Shown: positions 49,340-59,133 of the stretch, piece by piece
Position numbering within the stretch: the stretch's first letter is position 1
Layout: each line of letters begins with the position of its first letter
From: an uncultured Parcubacteria group bacterium
GTDB lineage: Bacteria > Patescibacteriota > Minisyncoccia > UBA6257 > 2-01-FULL-56-20
DNA: 64,000 nucleotides
Assembly (NCBI GenBank): GCA_903944135.1
Contig: CAJAQL010000006.1
Span: 9,425-73,424, forward strand
Direction: 5' to 3'
The notes under the pieces: generated by a model
Told to the model about the DNA's origin: nothing
The model's database searches: none
Seen by the model: only the letters and a program-made list of their open reading frames with translations
Program-made: the position numbers and the translations under genes

Positions 49340-49412
49340 AGCCGTTGGCCGGATTTGAACCGGCGACCTACTCCTTACCATGGAGTTGCTCTACCAGCTG
49401 AGCTACAACGGC
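49340..49412 (-). tRNA. tRNA-Thr (anticodon GGU)
   Basis: GCCGTTG-TA-GCTC-AGCTGGTA-GAGC-A-ACTCC-ATGGTAA-GGAGT-AGGTC-GCCGG-TTCAAAT-CCGGC-CAACGGC-T gives a canonical cloverleaf; CCA is not encoded. Confidence 0.9.
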
Positions 49413-49474
49413 AGTACTGATTTTTCCGCCTGCTCAGATTACCGCAATACCGGAGAATCGGCAATACCGATGTC

Positions 49475-50524
49475 CTATTTTTCAGCCCTATCCGTGATAA
49501 GTGTCGGATAGATTTCAAACAGCGTGAGCGAAAAGCTCAGCACCAATGGACCGAGGAACAGGCCTATCGGACCGAAGAACGAAAGACCGCCAAGCACGCT
49601 TAAAAGAAGAAGCAAGGGATGGATATGCGTACCGCGCCCTATGAAAAGCGGATGCAAAATATTCTCCATAAGCATGGAAACGATGAATGCGATGACCGCA
49701 AAGATGATCGCCTTCACAATTCCCGCGACGAGGGCCACATAGAGGATACCGGGAATGACGATCAGTGAGACTCCAATGACCGGAATGAAAGCGATCGGCA
49801 CCGAAAGAGCGCCCCACAGAACAGGATTCGGAACGCCGAATATCAGAAATTCGATGCCGACCACAACGCCCCATACGATTGCCATGAGAAGCGACCCGCG
49901 GACAACGGATGTTGTCGTATCCACCATCTTTTGCACGATCTCGTTCGCGCGCTCATCCGTCAGCGGCACACCGCGCACGATAAGCTTGCGCAATTTTCCA
50001 CCATCCTTCAATAAATAAAAGAATGCGAAGAACGCCAGGAAAAACGTCCACGCGACCATGCCCATGCTCGAGAGGAAATTACCGGCGTTCGCCACGATCG
50101 TTCCCATGGCCTGCGTCGCATATTGGCTCACGTTAAAATTCGCAAACGCGAACGTGCCGCTGGATTGATGGAAAATTTCCATCAGACTTCCTAGTTTTGC
50201 AGTGACGAGACTTTCAAGCGAAGAAATCCCCCCGGCAGCAAGATGGGCATACAATCCCTGTGCCTCGGAGAACAATGCGTAACCGAACATGGTAAGCGGC
50301 ACCACGATCACGATCGCCGCAAGGAGGATCGTGAGAAATGCCGCAAGACCGTCATGGTTCGGCATGCCGCGCTGGATGCGGAGATAGATCGGATGGAAAA
50401 ATATCGCGAATGCCGCACCGAGGACGATCACGTTCAGCTCGGGAAGAAAAACGAACGCCGCGAGCACGATCGCACAAATGAGCATCACGATAAAAAACGG
50501 TTTTTCCAATCGTTCGGAATTCAT
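49475..50524 (-). CDS. AI-2E family transporter (UPF0118/PerM-like)
   Basis: 8 predicted TM helices with the AI-2E topology. Confidence 0.8.
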   Translation of the reverse strand: MNSERLEKPFFIVMLICAIVLAAFVFLPELNVIVLGAAFAIFFHPIYLRIQRGMPNHDGLAAFLTILLAAIVIVVPLTMFGYALFSEAQGLYAHLAAGGISSLESLVTAKLGSLMEIFHQSSGTFAFANFNVSQYATQAMGTIVANAGNFLSSMGMVAWTFFLAFFAFFYLLKDGGKLRKLIVRGVPLTDERANEIVQKMVDTTTSVVRGSLLMAIVWGVVVGIEFLIFGVPNPVLWGALSVPIAFIPVIGVSLIVIPGILYVALVAGIVKAIIFAVIAFIVSMLMENILHPLFIGRGTHIHPLLLLLSVLGGLSFFGPIGLFLGPLVLSFSLTLFEIYPTLITDRAEK

Positions 50525-50540
50525 GATATAAGTATAGCAT

Positions 50541-51101
50541 ATGATTATCATCGGCATCACGGGAACCTTGGGCGCCGGAAAAGGAACGGTCGTCGATTAT
50601 CTTACGACCAAAGGATTTGTTCACTATTCTGCGCGCGATTTCATCATCCGTGAGATCGAACGGCGCGGTCTTCCGGTAGATCGCGACAGCATGACCATGA
50701 TCGCAAACGATATGCGTTCGACCCACTCACCAAGCTACATCGCCGAGATGCTTTATAACGAAGCAAAAAGCGCGGGGCAGGATGCCGTCATTGAATCGCT
50801 CCGCACCGAGGGCGAGATCTTATCGCTTCGACAAAACGGAAATTTCCACCTCCTTGCCGTGGATGCCGATCCAAAGCTCCGTTATGAACGCATTACCCTG
50901 CGCGCAAGCGAAACCGACAAAATACCTTTCGAAAAATTCATCGCCGATGAAGCGCGCGAAATGCATGCAACCGATCCGAACAAGCAGAATCTTGCACGCT
51001 GCATCGAGCTTGCCGATGCACGCCTCGTAAACAACGGCACCGTGAATGACCTATACGTTCAGGTTGATAGTATCCTCAAGAGGATCGACATTGCCCAATA
51101 A
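50541..51101 (+). CDS. P-loop nucleotide/nucleoside kinase-like protein (CoaE/Adk-like fold; substrate unknown)
   Basis: Only the N-terminal P-loop IIIGITGTLGAGKGT was recognised. Confidence 0.5.
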   Translation: MIIIGITGTLGAGKGTVVDYLTTKGFVHYSARDFIIREIERRGLPVDRDSMTMIANDMRSTHSPSYIAEMLYNEAKSAGQDAVIESLRTEGEILSLRQNGNFHLLAVDADPKLRYERITLRASETDKIPFEKFIADEAREMHATDPNKQNLARCIELADARLVNNGTVNDLYVQVDSILKRIDIAQ

Positions 51102-51202
51102 AAACCTCATATTTTGCCGATTTTTCCCCTGTGGATAACTGCCCTTTTGACGAAGCGGCGGTATGCTTGTTATAGTTAAGTAGTCGAAAATAAATCGAAA
51201 GT

Positions 51203-51305
51203 GTGTCATTCCGAATTTCTCTGTCGTTCCCGCAAAAGCGGGAACCCAGAAAAAACTGGATCCCCGCATGCGCGGGGACGACAGAAACAAAGCTCGGAAT
51301 GACAA
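51203..51305. repeat. Cluster of GC-rich palindromic repeat units upstream of lexA
   Basis: gtcattccgaa…cgttcccgcaaaagcgggaac…ggatccccgcatgcgcggggacgacag…ctcggaatgaca. Confidence 0.7.
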
Positions 51306-51932
51306 ATGACACATAAATCTATGACCAACATAACAAAACGCCAGAAAGAAACGCTCGATTTCATCAAGGCCTATCAGGCGAAAAATGGGTATGCGCCTTC
51401 GCTTGAAGAGATCAAGACCTATCTCAAGCTCTCCTCGGTTTCCACGGCGCATCATCATGTGAAAGCGCTCGAGGAGCAAGGTTATCTTCAGAAAGACGAT
51501 AACCAGCCGCGCGGGATCAGCGTGAACACCGCGGAGCAGATGGTACAGATCCCGCTCAAGGGTCTCATTGCAGCTGGAACTCCGATCATGGCGCTCGAAC
51601 AGCAGGAGATCATCGCCGTGCCGCGTAACCGCCTGCCCCGGGAAGTGAAGAATATCTACGCCCTGAAGGTCGTCGGTCAAAGTATGATCGACGAGAACAT
51701 CAATGACGGCGACATCGTGCTCGTACGTCATCAGGCGACCGCAAATAACGGCGAGAAGGTGGTCGCGCTCATCGACAACAATGACGTGACGCTCAAAACG
51801 TTCTTCGCCGAAAACGGCCAGATCCGTCTCCAGCCCGCCAACAAGAAGATGCAGCCCATCATCGTCCGCAAAGGCAATACTGGTTTCGCGATCCAGGGCA
51901 TCGTCCTCGATGTGATCAAAAATTTCGCATAA
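51306..51932 (+). CDS. lexA: LexA repressor (S24 peptidase)
   Basis: N-terminal wHTH, Ala-Gly cleavage site (LIAAGTP), Ser in VVGQSM and Lys in VTLKTF. Confidence 0.85.
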   Translation: MTHKSMTNITKRQKETLDFIKAYQAKNGYAPSLEEIKTYLKLSSVSTAHHHVKALEEQGYLQKDDNQPRGISVNTAEQMVQIPLKGLIAAGTPIMALEQQEIIAVPRNRLPREVKNIYALKVVGQSMIDENINDGDIVLVRHQATANNGEKVVALIDNNDVTLKTFFAENGQIRLQPANKKMQPIIVRKGNTGFAIQGIVLDVIKNFA

Positions 51933-51966
51933 AACCGCTTTTAGTATTCCCTTTTTATAGTCATGA

Positions 51967-52000
51967 AAAAGGCGGACTTCCCTCGGAAAGTCCGCCTTGC
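51967..52000. terminator. Bidirectional terminator hairpin
   Basis: aaggcggactt-ccctcgga-aagtccgcctt. Confidence 0.6.
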
Positions 52001-52024
52001 TTATATGCTATCCACCGCAGAATC

Positions 52025-52219
52025 CTACATCGGATTCCAGCGCGGGCCGAAGAGAAACACAAGGACAAAGAGCAGGATCGCCATGACGAAGAAAATGATC
52101 TTCCTCGCCCGCTTCGAACGAACGATCTCGCGCAGCATCAGAAACAGGACGCCTGCGCCGCCGATCATGAGAATCGCTCCCATGAAACCAGCTCTAACGA
52201 ACAAACTCCACCAACCCAT
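52025..52219 (-). CDS. Possible 64-aa small membrane protein
   Basis: Two hydrophobic helices; no clear RBS. Confidence 0.3.
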   Translation of the reverse strand: MGWWSLFVRAGFMGAILMIGGAGVLFLMLREIVRSKRARKIIFFVMAILLFVLVFLFGPRWNPM

Positions 52220-52325
52220 AATCCCCTCCTCTCGGATCTTTTTGATCCGCTAAAAACCTATCTGCGAATTGAATTATGGCATGATATAAAATATTGTCAA
52301 ACGCCAGGCAGAGGCCTCTCGTAGA

Positions 52326-52362
52326 AAAAGAAACCCCGCCTCATGGAAGCGCGGGGTTTCCT
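52326..52362 (-). terminator. Strong rho-independent terminator (minus strand)
   Basis: Minus-strand reading ggaaaccccgcgcttccatgaggcggggtttc followed by ttttt. Confidence 0.7.
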
Positions 52363-52657
52363 GAACGCGGGGGTTTATGGCATTTGGCATTGCCGCTAGA
52401 ACCAACAAATTCGCTGGCCCCAGAAGGAATCATGAACGATGATCATGGTGGAATGACGACGGTGACGTCGACGGAACGAAGCTATGCAATACCAGCTTCG
52501 TGAGACGTACCGAAACCGCATCTGCTGTGGAGGCGGCAAACGCCGCTTGTGCTGACCATCACGGCCCCTCATCTCTTGTACCATAGGGCTGCTCCTTTCT
52601 CTGAAGAAAATTCAAACACATATCTGAATTTAAAGCAAGAACCGCGAAAGAAGGAAT

Positions 52658-53182
52658 TTACCGCGACGTATTGCTGCGATGTTTTTCAAGATTATCACGA
52701 TGCGTCTCTATGGCATCCAACTTACGTAAGAAGTCTTTTATAAGATCCGGCATGTCATAGAGCGAGATCTCGGGTCCTATCTTTGCATATCGCCCAATAA
52801 TCTCCAGAGCATTTCGCGTCGCTTCGGGCAGTATCGCCGAATTCTCCTCGAGTTCCCCGAATGTAACATGTTGAGGATCCCTGAAAAGTTCCGGCACGGG
52901 TTCGACCGTCAAACCGTCGATCAAAATCTTTCTTGCATCTTTTAATTTTTCGATCGCTTCCGAAAGTTCGCCATCGGGAATATCGGTTTTAAAAAGCGAT
53001 CCTTCAGGATAATTTACGGCGCCCACCTCATGGTCCGACGCTTTCGTATCGAATTCAAAATCGGTCTTTTCGCCTTGTGCGAGCTCCTGCCGCGCCGCGC
53101 CCGCAACCGCAGGATCGATCGGTTTCCCTTCATTTGCCGCCAAGTATTCCAAAAATTCCTTCCCTGGATTTTCTGTTTTCAT
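52658..53182 (-). CDS. Hypothetical acidic protein
   Basis: 174-aa ORF with no motif recognised. Confidence 0.5.
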   Translation of the reverse strand: MKTENPGKEFLEYLAANEGKPIDPAVAGAARQELAQGEKTDFEFDTKASDHEVGAVNYPEGSLFKTDIPDGELSEAIEKLKDARKILIDGLTVEPVPELFRDPQHVTFGELEENSAILPEATRNALEIIGRYAKIGPEISLYDMPDLIKDFLRKLDAIETHRDNLEKHRSNTSR

Positions 53183-53239
53183 ACTTACATCATATCAAAA
53201 TAACCGCACAAACAACACTTACATGAAGCCATCAATTGA

Positions 53240-53842
53240 TTATATGGATTTCAATATCCTCAGAATGGCCTTCTGATATTCCGGATACCTGATATCATGG
53301 GGTGCGTCCTTCACCACAACCAGCTTCGAACGTTTCGCCAAGCTTGCCGTCTCTTCGCACCGTATTCTGAGCGAAGGGAATTTTTTCCCTTCGAATCCTC
53401 CATAAAATACAACCGAGGGGATCTGCAGATTTTGAGCCGCTTCCCTGCCGCTGCGTTGCTTGATTTCAGCCAGTCTCCTCTTGCCGACGAACCGGTCGAT
53501 CCAAGATTTCATTTCGGGAGACTTCATCATCGGAAGATCCTCCTTGAAATCGGGACTCAGCGAACAAAGATAGACTTTTTTAGGATGAAGATCGTTCGCC
53601 GACAAGAGGGCGATCACCGCACCATAAGAAAAACCAAGCAGATAATTTTCTTCCGATCTGTTTTTCTTGTAAAAACCCTTGAACTCGGCGACATAATCGT
53701 TCATCGTCCGATAATTCCATGTGATAGGCGCGATCGATACCCTAAAACCTTTTTGCTCCAAAAATCTTCGAAGCCAAAAAAACGAACGGCTCGTAGATGA
53801 CATCTTGAAACCGGGGACGATAAAGAAAGTTTTACGAGTCAT
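53240..53842 (-). CDS. Putative alpha/beta-hydrolase fold protein
   Basis: GFSYGA fits the GxSxG nucleophile elbow; otherwise unassigned. Confidence 0.45.
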   Translation of the reverse strand: MTRKTFFIVPGFKMSSTSRSFFWLRRFLEQKGFRVSIAPITWNYRTMNDYVAEFKGFYKKNRSEENYLLGFSYGAVIALLSANDLHPKKVYLCSLSPDFKEDLPMMKSPEMKSWIDRFVGKRRLAEIKQRSGREAAQNLQIPSVVFYGGFEGKKFPSLRIRCEETASLAKRSKLVVVKDAPHDIRYPEYQKAILRILKSI

Positions 53843-54161
53843 GGATTCCGAAGTATACCTATATGAACATTGAAAATCTCAAGTGGAGATGGTTGAGGAA
53901 AGTTGGAACCAGCTGGAAAGCTTCATTTTGAAATGGGGTGAGGTGATAAAAGATCGAGAAATGACGAGAATTAGCTAGAAATCCTCCTCCGCTAATACAC
54001 ATGATTAAGATTGAACCTAGTAAGAAGGAATGCAGGATAAGGCGGCCTCATAAAAAGAAATCTATCGCCAAAGCCTCACTATTAGAGAAATTAAGGGGTT
54101 GATCGCTTTAAGCTCTTAGAGATCAGCTAGTAATTCCGTACGTCCCCCTGAATCAAAAACA

Positions 54162-54635
54162 ATGTTTCAAAACACATACGAACAACGCAAGGGAGCTATC
54201 CGAGCCCGCATACATATCAACGATTACATGCGTCGCTATGCGTGGGAACTATTCAAGGGTAATCGACGACCCGTGATGAGAACGCTCTCGGACGCAGACT
54301 ATTATAAAAAGCTTTTCAGCGACCCTCTACACTCACCCATACGCTCAATGCTCGGCATCCCTTCCGGTGAGCTTTATAAATACTGCCAAGAGCTTGATTA
54401 TATCTCCTCAAACCTCGGTAGGGGTTTTATCTTCTATTTCATCTGCACTTGGTGCACTCGGAGGGTGAAATGCCTCTATGTTGACGAGAGTCTTGAGGCA
54501 ATGCTCTGCCGAAAATGTATCAAGCTTCCTTATCGACAGTCATCACGACCCGAACGGTACGCTTCGCGTTATATTCGGAGGCATCCAGAGCTGGTAAAAC
54601 GCTTAATTGATTCTGGCGAAATTCCTATTTATTGA
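54162..54635 (+). CDS. Hypothetical basic protein with a zinc-ribbon-like Cys cluster (island cargo)
   Basis: CTWCTRRVKC…CRKC; low GC. Confidence 0.5.
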   Translation: MFQNTYEQRKGAIRARIHINDYMRRYAWELFKGNRRPVMRTLSDADYYKKLFSDPLHSPIRSMLGIPSGELYKYCQELDYISSNLGRGFIFYFICTWCTRRVKCLYVDESLEAMLCRKCIKLPYRQSSRPERYASRYIRRHPELVKRLIDSGEIPIY

Positions 54636-54711
54636 ATACCTGCGCTCGGGTAGATGCATTTCAAGGGAATTATATACTTTGTAATATCGAACCTGTATAA
54701 TAAAAATATAA

Positions 54712-55560
54712 ATGGAGAAAGTTGAAATTGAAATAGAGTACGATGGTAAAGACGTAGAAGACGGAACTATGTCCTTAGAGGATATGATTCCAGCTCTACA
54801 AGGGCTGTCCAGCGCATATGGGAAGATTGCGATACTTCAAAATCCTGAGGCGCGTCATAATTTGCGAGTTACGGGAGTTGGAAAAGGAACATTCCATATT
54901 CTTATAGAAGCATGGAATCTAGCCGTTCAGAATAAGGATGGAATAATGCTTGCGGCGGCGATGACGGGAATAGCAGAGCCTTCCTTTAAGGTTGTGAAAG
55001 CGATAATTGGCGTAGCTACGACGACAAAGCACGTACAAAATAAGCCTTATACGGAAAAGATAAACGGAGTACAGCAGAGTATTACGATAACCAACTGTGA
55101 AAATGTCACCCTAGAAGTACCGTTGGAAATCTATCAGATTTATAAAGACGGCATGATAAAACAAGACTTGAATAAAATTACTGGATCGCTCGCGGAAGGG
55201 AAAATTGATAGTACCACTCTTAAAGCGAAATCAGAAAAAGAAAGCATAGAGGAAAAAATAACCTTGTCGGAGAAAAAGTTTTTTGAGGTAGAGGAAATCG
55301 TTACTACGGTTACAAAGGAAATGTGGCTTACGGGAGTTTTGAACTCTCTCGCAAAATCTACTAACCGAGGCAGCTTTTATCTCAACGACGGAACACGAGT
55401 ATCTTATCATTTGGGAGGCGATAATCCAGAAAAATTGTATCAGTTCTTTATTTATAAAGGGATAGTGCGAGTGAAATGTACGGCTTCCTTGGACGAGAAT
55501 CTAAAGCCAATACAAATCGAGATTTTGGAGATAAATCAGGTTGAACAACCACTTTTGTAG
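54712..55560 (+). CDS. Hypothetical 282-aa protein (island cargo)
   Basis: Co-directional 76 nt downstream of the previous gene; no recognised motif. Confidence 0.5.
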   Translation: MEKVEIEIEYDGKDVEDGTMSLEDMIPALQGLSSAYGKIAILQNPEARHNLRVTGVGKGTFHILIEAWNLAVQNKDGIMLAAAMTGIAEPSFKVVKAIIGVATTTKHVQNKPYTEKINGVQQSITITNCENVTLEVPLEIYQIYKDGMIKQDLNKITGSLAEGKIDSTTLKAKSEKESIEEKITLSEKKFFEVEEIVTTVTKEMWLTGVLNSLAKSTNRGSFYLNDGTRVSYHLGGDNPEKLYQFFIYKGIVRVKCTASLDENLKPIQIEILEINQVEQPLL

Positions 55561-55593
55561 TTATCCGCATTTCGTATTCACTTGCATGATAAA

Positions 55594-56967
55594 TTAATTC
55601 GTTGATTGAGCGGCCAAGGTATAGGCTTGGATATATCCAATCCCCGCCGTGAGTCCAGATTCTCCGAGCGTCGGGATACCTAAAATACATGGCCCCTTGT
55701 TCAAGATAGCAACACCACCAGAATTGCCATGGTCGATTGCTGCGTTGGTTTTATAGATTGGGCCGGGAAGAATCCCGCTTATGATTCCTTGGGTTACGGT
55801 TTCTGAAATACCGAGAAGATTGCCGGAGCTAGGATAGCCAAATATGGTAACAGTGTCTCCAACATTTACATTAGAACATCCTGAATGTGGAAATTCTGGC
55901 AGATTGTTAATGGCGGGAATAGGACTCAATGTAACTGACGACGGAAGCGGCGTATCGAGAGCAAAAATAGCAGCGTCCTCGTATGTATTTGGGTTATAAT
56001 GAGAATCGATTAAAGCTAACTTATAGTCTCCATAGCCTTCGTTATAACCAAAGTTTGGAGGCTCAGGATATACGGCGTAACAAGCAGGCAATGGCCCACC
56101 TTGGCTTGCCAATTCTGCTTCTGCAAGAACGTGAAAATTCGTTTCAATATCTATATTAGTTGAAGCAATGTTCTTGGTATTCGAACGAAATGAAACACCC
56201 GATCCACTGACCACAACGCTTGAATTAGATGCGTAGCAATTTATTTCAACGATAGTTGGCTCGATTTGATTAATAAGAGATGGCGTAAGGCCCTCGCTTG
56301 CGTTCAGTGAAGTATTTTGAGGCTGCTGAACGGTTGGCGACGAGTTCTGTTGTGATTGCGGTGCGCTATTGTTGCTGGACGTTGTAAAACTTAATGAAGA
56401 TAAAAATGTGTTCTCTAACTGCTGATCTTCTTGTCCTTCCCAATAAAAATAATCAAGCATGTATAAATCATTTCCCTTCAATACATCCATTCCTGATTGA
56501 TATAGAATCGGCTGTGATTGATCAACCTGATTGGAGCTAATATATTTTATGGCCGGGTAGCCCTTAAAGGTTGTTAAACTCGAAGAAACAACTTTGGAAC
56601 CGCCGGAAGTCCCGGTGTATTGAAGCTCGGCTTCAAGATCGGCATCGGCGGACGCGGCTGAACCAGCGAATGCGGATGCAATGTGAGTCGCCTCAAGAGA
56701 GGGATTATTTATACCGTTACCAATACTCCCCCAAGAATAATTGTCATCAGATACGCTATTCCCCTTTGTAAGCTCTTGAGAGGCTGAGGAGTAAGTCGGC
56801 TGATCGGGGAAATAAACGGAGAAGCTGCCATGCTCCAAATTATAACCTTGACCTCCGTTAGCGCTACTGGAAGAATTTTCGGAGATAATAACAACGCCCC
56901 AAATAATAAATGCTACTATTCCTAGACCTATCCAAACTCCTTTGTACGATTCTTTTGCTTCCGGCAT
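55594..56967 (-). CDS. Membrane-anchored trypsin-like serine protease (S1/S1C-like)
   Basis: N-terminal TM, S/N/Q-rich linker, catalytic-triad context NFHVLAEAE (His), AIFALD (Asp), and TNAAIDHGNSGGVAIL (GNSGG Ser motif, as in HtrA TDAAINPGNSGGPL). Confidence 0.7.
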   Translation of the reverse strand: MPEAKESYKGVWIGLGIVAFIIWGVVIISENSSSSANGGQGYNLEHGSFSVYFPDQPTYSSASQELTKGNSVSDDNYSWGSIGNGINNPSLEATHIASAFAGSAASADADLEAELQYTGTSGGSKVVSSSLTTFKGYPAIKYISSNQVDQSQPILYQSGMDVLKGNDLYMLDYFYWEGQEDQQLENTFLSSLSFTTSSNNSAPQSQQNSSPTVQQPQNTSLNASEGLTPSLINQIEPTIVEINCYASNSSVVVSGSGVSFRSNTKNIASTNIDIETNFHVLAEAELASQGGPLPACYAVYPEPPNFGYNEGYGDYKLALIDSHYNPNTYEDAAIFALDTPLPSSVTLSPIPAINNLPEFPHSGCSNVNVGDTVTIFGYPSSGNLLGISETVTQGIISGILPGPIYKTNAAIDHGNSGGVAILNKGPCILGIPTLGESGLTAGIGYIQAYTLAAQSTN

Positions 56968-56981
56968 GGGTGATGTGTGGG

Positions 56982-57704
56982 CTATTCGCTTTGAATATCA
57001 TTCGCCTCTTTTTCTGCGGAAGCGACGCACTCATTCGCCTTCTCTTGCGCTTGGAGACCTTGTACTCCACCCGCTTCGCTTAGATTGGAAGAAGAAGAAC
57101 ATTCTTCATTTTGTGATTGTTCATATTCAATCTGGGATTCGATGCTCGCACCAACAGAGCGGGCTTGATCAATCTTCTGTTGCGCCTCTGCATTTTGCAA
57201 AGTGATTTGAGCAGCTTGCAATAAGGGATTGTAAAGCGCACTCAATAGATTTTGCTCTCCCGTATATTCACTCATACCAGTTCCCGCCCCAACTGTTGCT
57301 CGGAGTTGAGCATAGCGCGTTTGCAGACTATATAGATTTTGTGTTGAGTTATTTATCGCCTCACTGTCAAAGCTGAGATAGCTCTCGTTTGCGAATTGCG
57401 TTTGCTGATCCAAAATAGTAGGCGTTGGACATCCTGCCGGAACTAATGATAATTGGCTCGCGTTGATAATTTCTGAGGGGCAGTTGGAGGGCGTAGAAAC
57501 GATTGTGTTTGGTTGGGATGTGGATTGAGACGTTGAGCTCGATGAATTAACTGAGGGTGAAGTATTTGATTGTAGCGCTTGAGTAGCCATACTGATCGCT
57601 TGGGTGGCAAGGGTCTGTGCCTGCGCACTATTGGCCGTACTGGGGTTTGAAAGCAGCGTCAAAACAAGTTGGAGAAGAACAACTATTGAAGATAAATTTG
57701 CCAT
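56982..57704 (-). CDS. Secreted low-complexity S/T/Q/N-rich protein
   Basis: Signal peptide MANLSSIVVLLQLVLTLLSNPSTANSA, then an S/T/Q-rich region and a Q-rich coiled C-terminus. The start is at the Met at 57704. Confidence 0.55.
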   Translation of the reverse strand: MANLSSIVVLLQLVLTLLSNPSTANSAQAQTLATQAISMATQALQSNTSPSVNSSSSTSQSTSQPNTIVSTPSNCPSEIINASQLSLVPAGCPTPTILDQQTQFANESYLSFDSEAINNSTQNLYSLQTRYAQLRATVGAGTGMSEYTGEQNLLSALYNPLLQAAQITLQNAEAQQKIDQARSVGASIESQIEYEQSQNEECSSSSNLSEAGGVQGLQAQEKANECVASAEKEANDIQSE

Positions 57705-57949
57705 GATATTTTTATTAAAATTTTTATTCCATGGCGTGGAGATCGGCCTCAATAACACAAAACTCCACGCTGTGCCTGAGCCTTGCGGCTCCATAGCCCT
57801 TTCGAGCCATGACCCTAGACGAGTGGCCAAACGTGGAGTTTGGTATCGTCTAGGGTGTTTCGCGCCATGCCCTGATTGCTCAAAGATTTAGGCGACTTAT
57901 ATTAAGTTGTGCTTTCAATGTAACATCGTTCCGACGACTTGTTAAGTCG

Positions 57950-58789
57950 ATGGAAAAATGTCGAAAAATGTCGGATAATAAAGTAACTACGGTGGACTAT
58001 AAAAAAATCGGCCTGCGATATAGAGAACGTTTAGCAACGCTTCGCGCTACGCCAGATTTTGATGAATTTTTGATCGAAACGATAAGACTCGATATGGAGT
58101 TGGAGCAATCGAGGAGAACCGACGGGTATAATTTCGAACCAGCAATTAAAATTCATATCGAGAAAATGCGCCTCATTGAAGGCCTGATTAAAAAATTCCA
58201 TTTGCCGCCACCTTTCCGCAACATCCTTGAAAACCCTTTTTATCCAGAAGCTAATGGCCTATACTTTGCACCTTATCGAATCGATCCGCAGGTTATCCCC
58301 GTTGCCAAAGGTGAATTTGAGCATCCACGCATTTCTGGCGAACCCCTCGATTCGTTAACGGTCACGATTTACGGCAGGCTTTCTACGGAAGATTGGGCTT
58401 CTCTAAAAGAACGTATTGAACGTTTGCAGGACGTAGCTTTCGATACCGAGGCGATTCATCCATTCCGACGTAGTAAAAATATCGATGAGAAGGTTAGAAT
58501 TGTTAAAGAAATGGCTACTCGAAAACCAAGGAGAGTCCGTAAAGAAAATGTCGAGCATAATTATATCGACATTCTTGAGAAATCAATGGGAAAATTATCC
58601 ATCTCAAAAAAGCGAGAGTTTTCTAAACTACATCCTTGGAGCGTGCGAAAGGTTATCGAGAATGGCAGGAGCAGTGCAGATGTGGCCTCACAACTCGGTC
58701 GGCGTAGCAAATCAAAAGATAAGGGCGCTGCTGTCCGAAAGACGCTTTCGCGCTTCAAGAATGCAAAAAAGCGGACAAAAGCACCATAG
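57950..58789 (+). CDS. Hypothetical 279-aa protein with a basic C-terminus (island cargo)
   Basis: No motif recognised; Lys/Arg-rich tail. Confidence 0.5.
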   Translation: MEKCRKMSDNKVTTVDYKKIGLRYRERLATLRATPDFDEFLIETIRLDMELEQSRRTDGYNFEPAIKIHIEKMRLIEGLIKKFHLPPPFRNILENPFYPEANGLYFAPYRIDPQVIPVAKGEFEHPRISGEPLDSLTVTIYGRLSTEDWASLKERIERLQDVAFDTEAIHPFRRSKNIDEKVRIVKEMATRKPRRVRKENVEHNYIDILEKSMGKLSISKKREFSKLHPWSVRKVIENGRSSADVASQLGRRSKSKDKGAAVRKTLSRFKNAKKRTKAP

Positions 58790-58934
58790 CGTTTATTTTT
58801 AAATAAACGTCACAATAGAAATTAATGTCGGGTTTATGATGGCCGTAATGAAATGATTACGGTCATTTTCATTGCACGGTGGCAAAGAAATCGTCATTAG
58901 CCCTCCACCGTGCTAGTGACGATTTCTTTATCTC

Positions 58935-59093
58935 ATGATCGGCACCGAACCCACTATGCTTTCTCTTGGACAATTAAGAGCTATTGATACAGAAAACGAA
59001 CTCTCGGATGAGGAGCTTCTTGAGCTACGCGACGCACTCGACCCTATTCTCGAAAGAATCCTTAATCGCTATTTCAATAGCATATTAGAATAG
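58935..59093 (+). CDS. Candidate 52-aa acidic helical micro-protein
   Basis: MIGTEPTMLSLGQLRAIDTENELSDEELLELRDALDPILERILNRYFNSILE; below the ORF-track cutoff. Confidence 0.3.
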   Translation: MIGTEPTMLSLGQLRAIDTENELSDEELLELRDALDPILERILNRYFNSILE

Positions 59094-59133
59094 GCCTCTT
59101 GCTATGGTATAACTAAGCGGTTAGAATAAAGAC

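Noticed and set aside
52396-52584. 62-aa minus-strand ORF inside the candidate ncRNA region
   Set aside because: Extremely basic and low-complexity (RRLPPPQQMRFRYVSRS…), with no RBS. It is more likely non-coding.
52290-52660. Possible RNase P, SRP or 6S RNA in the 52.3-52.65 kb gap
   Set aside because: I could not find the RNase P P4 motifs (GGAAAGUCCGG / ACAGAACCCGGCUUA), a clear SRP domain IV or a tRNA cloverleaf. It is left as an unassigned ncRNA candidate.
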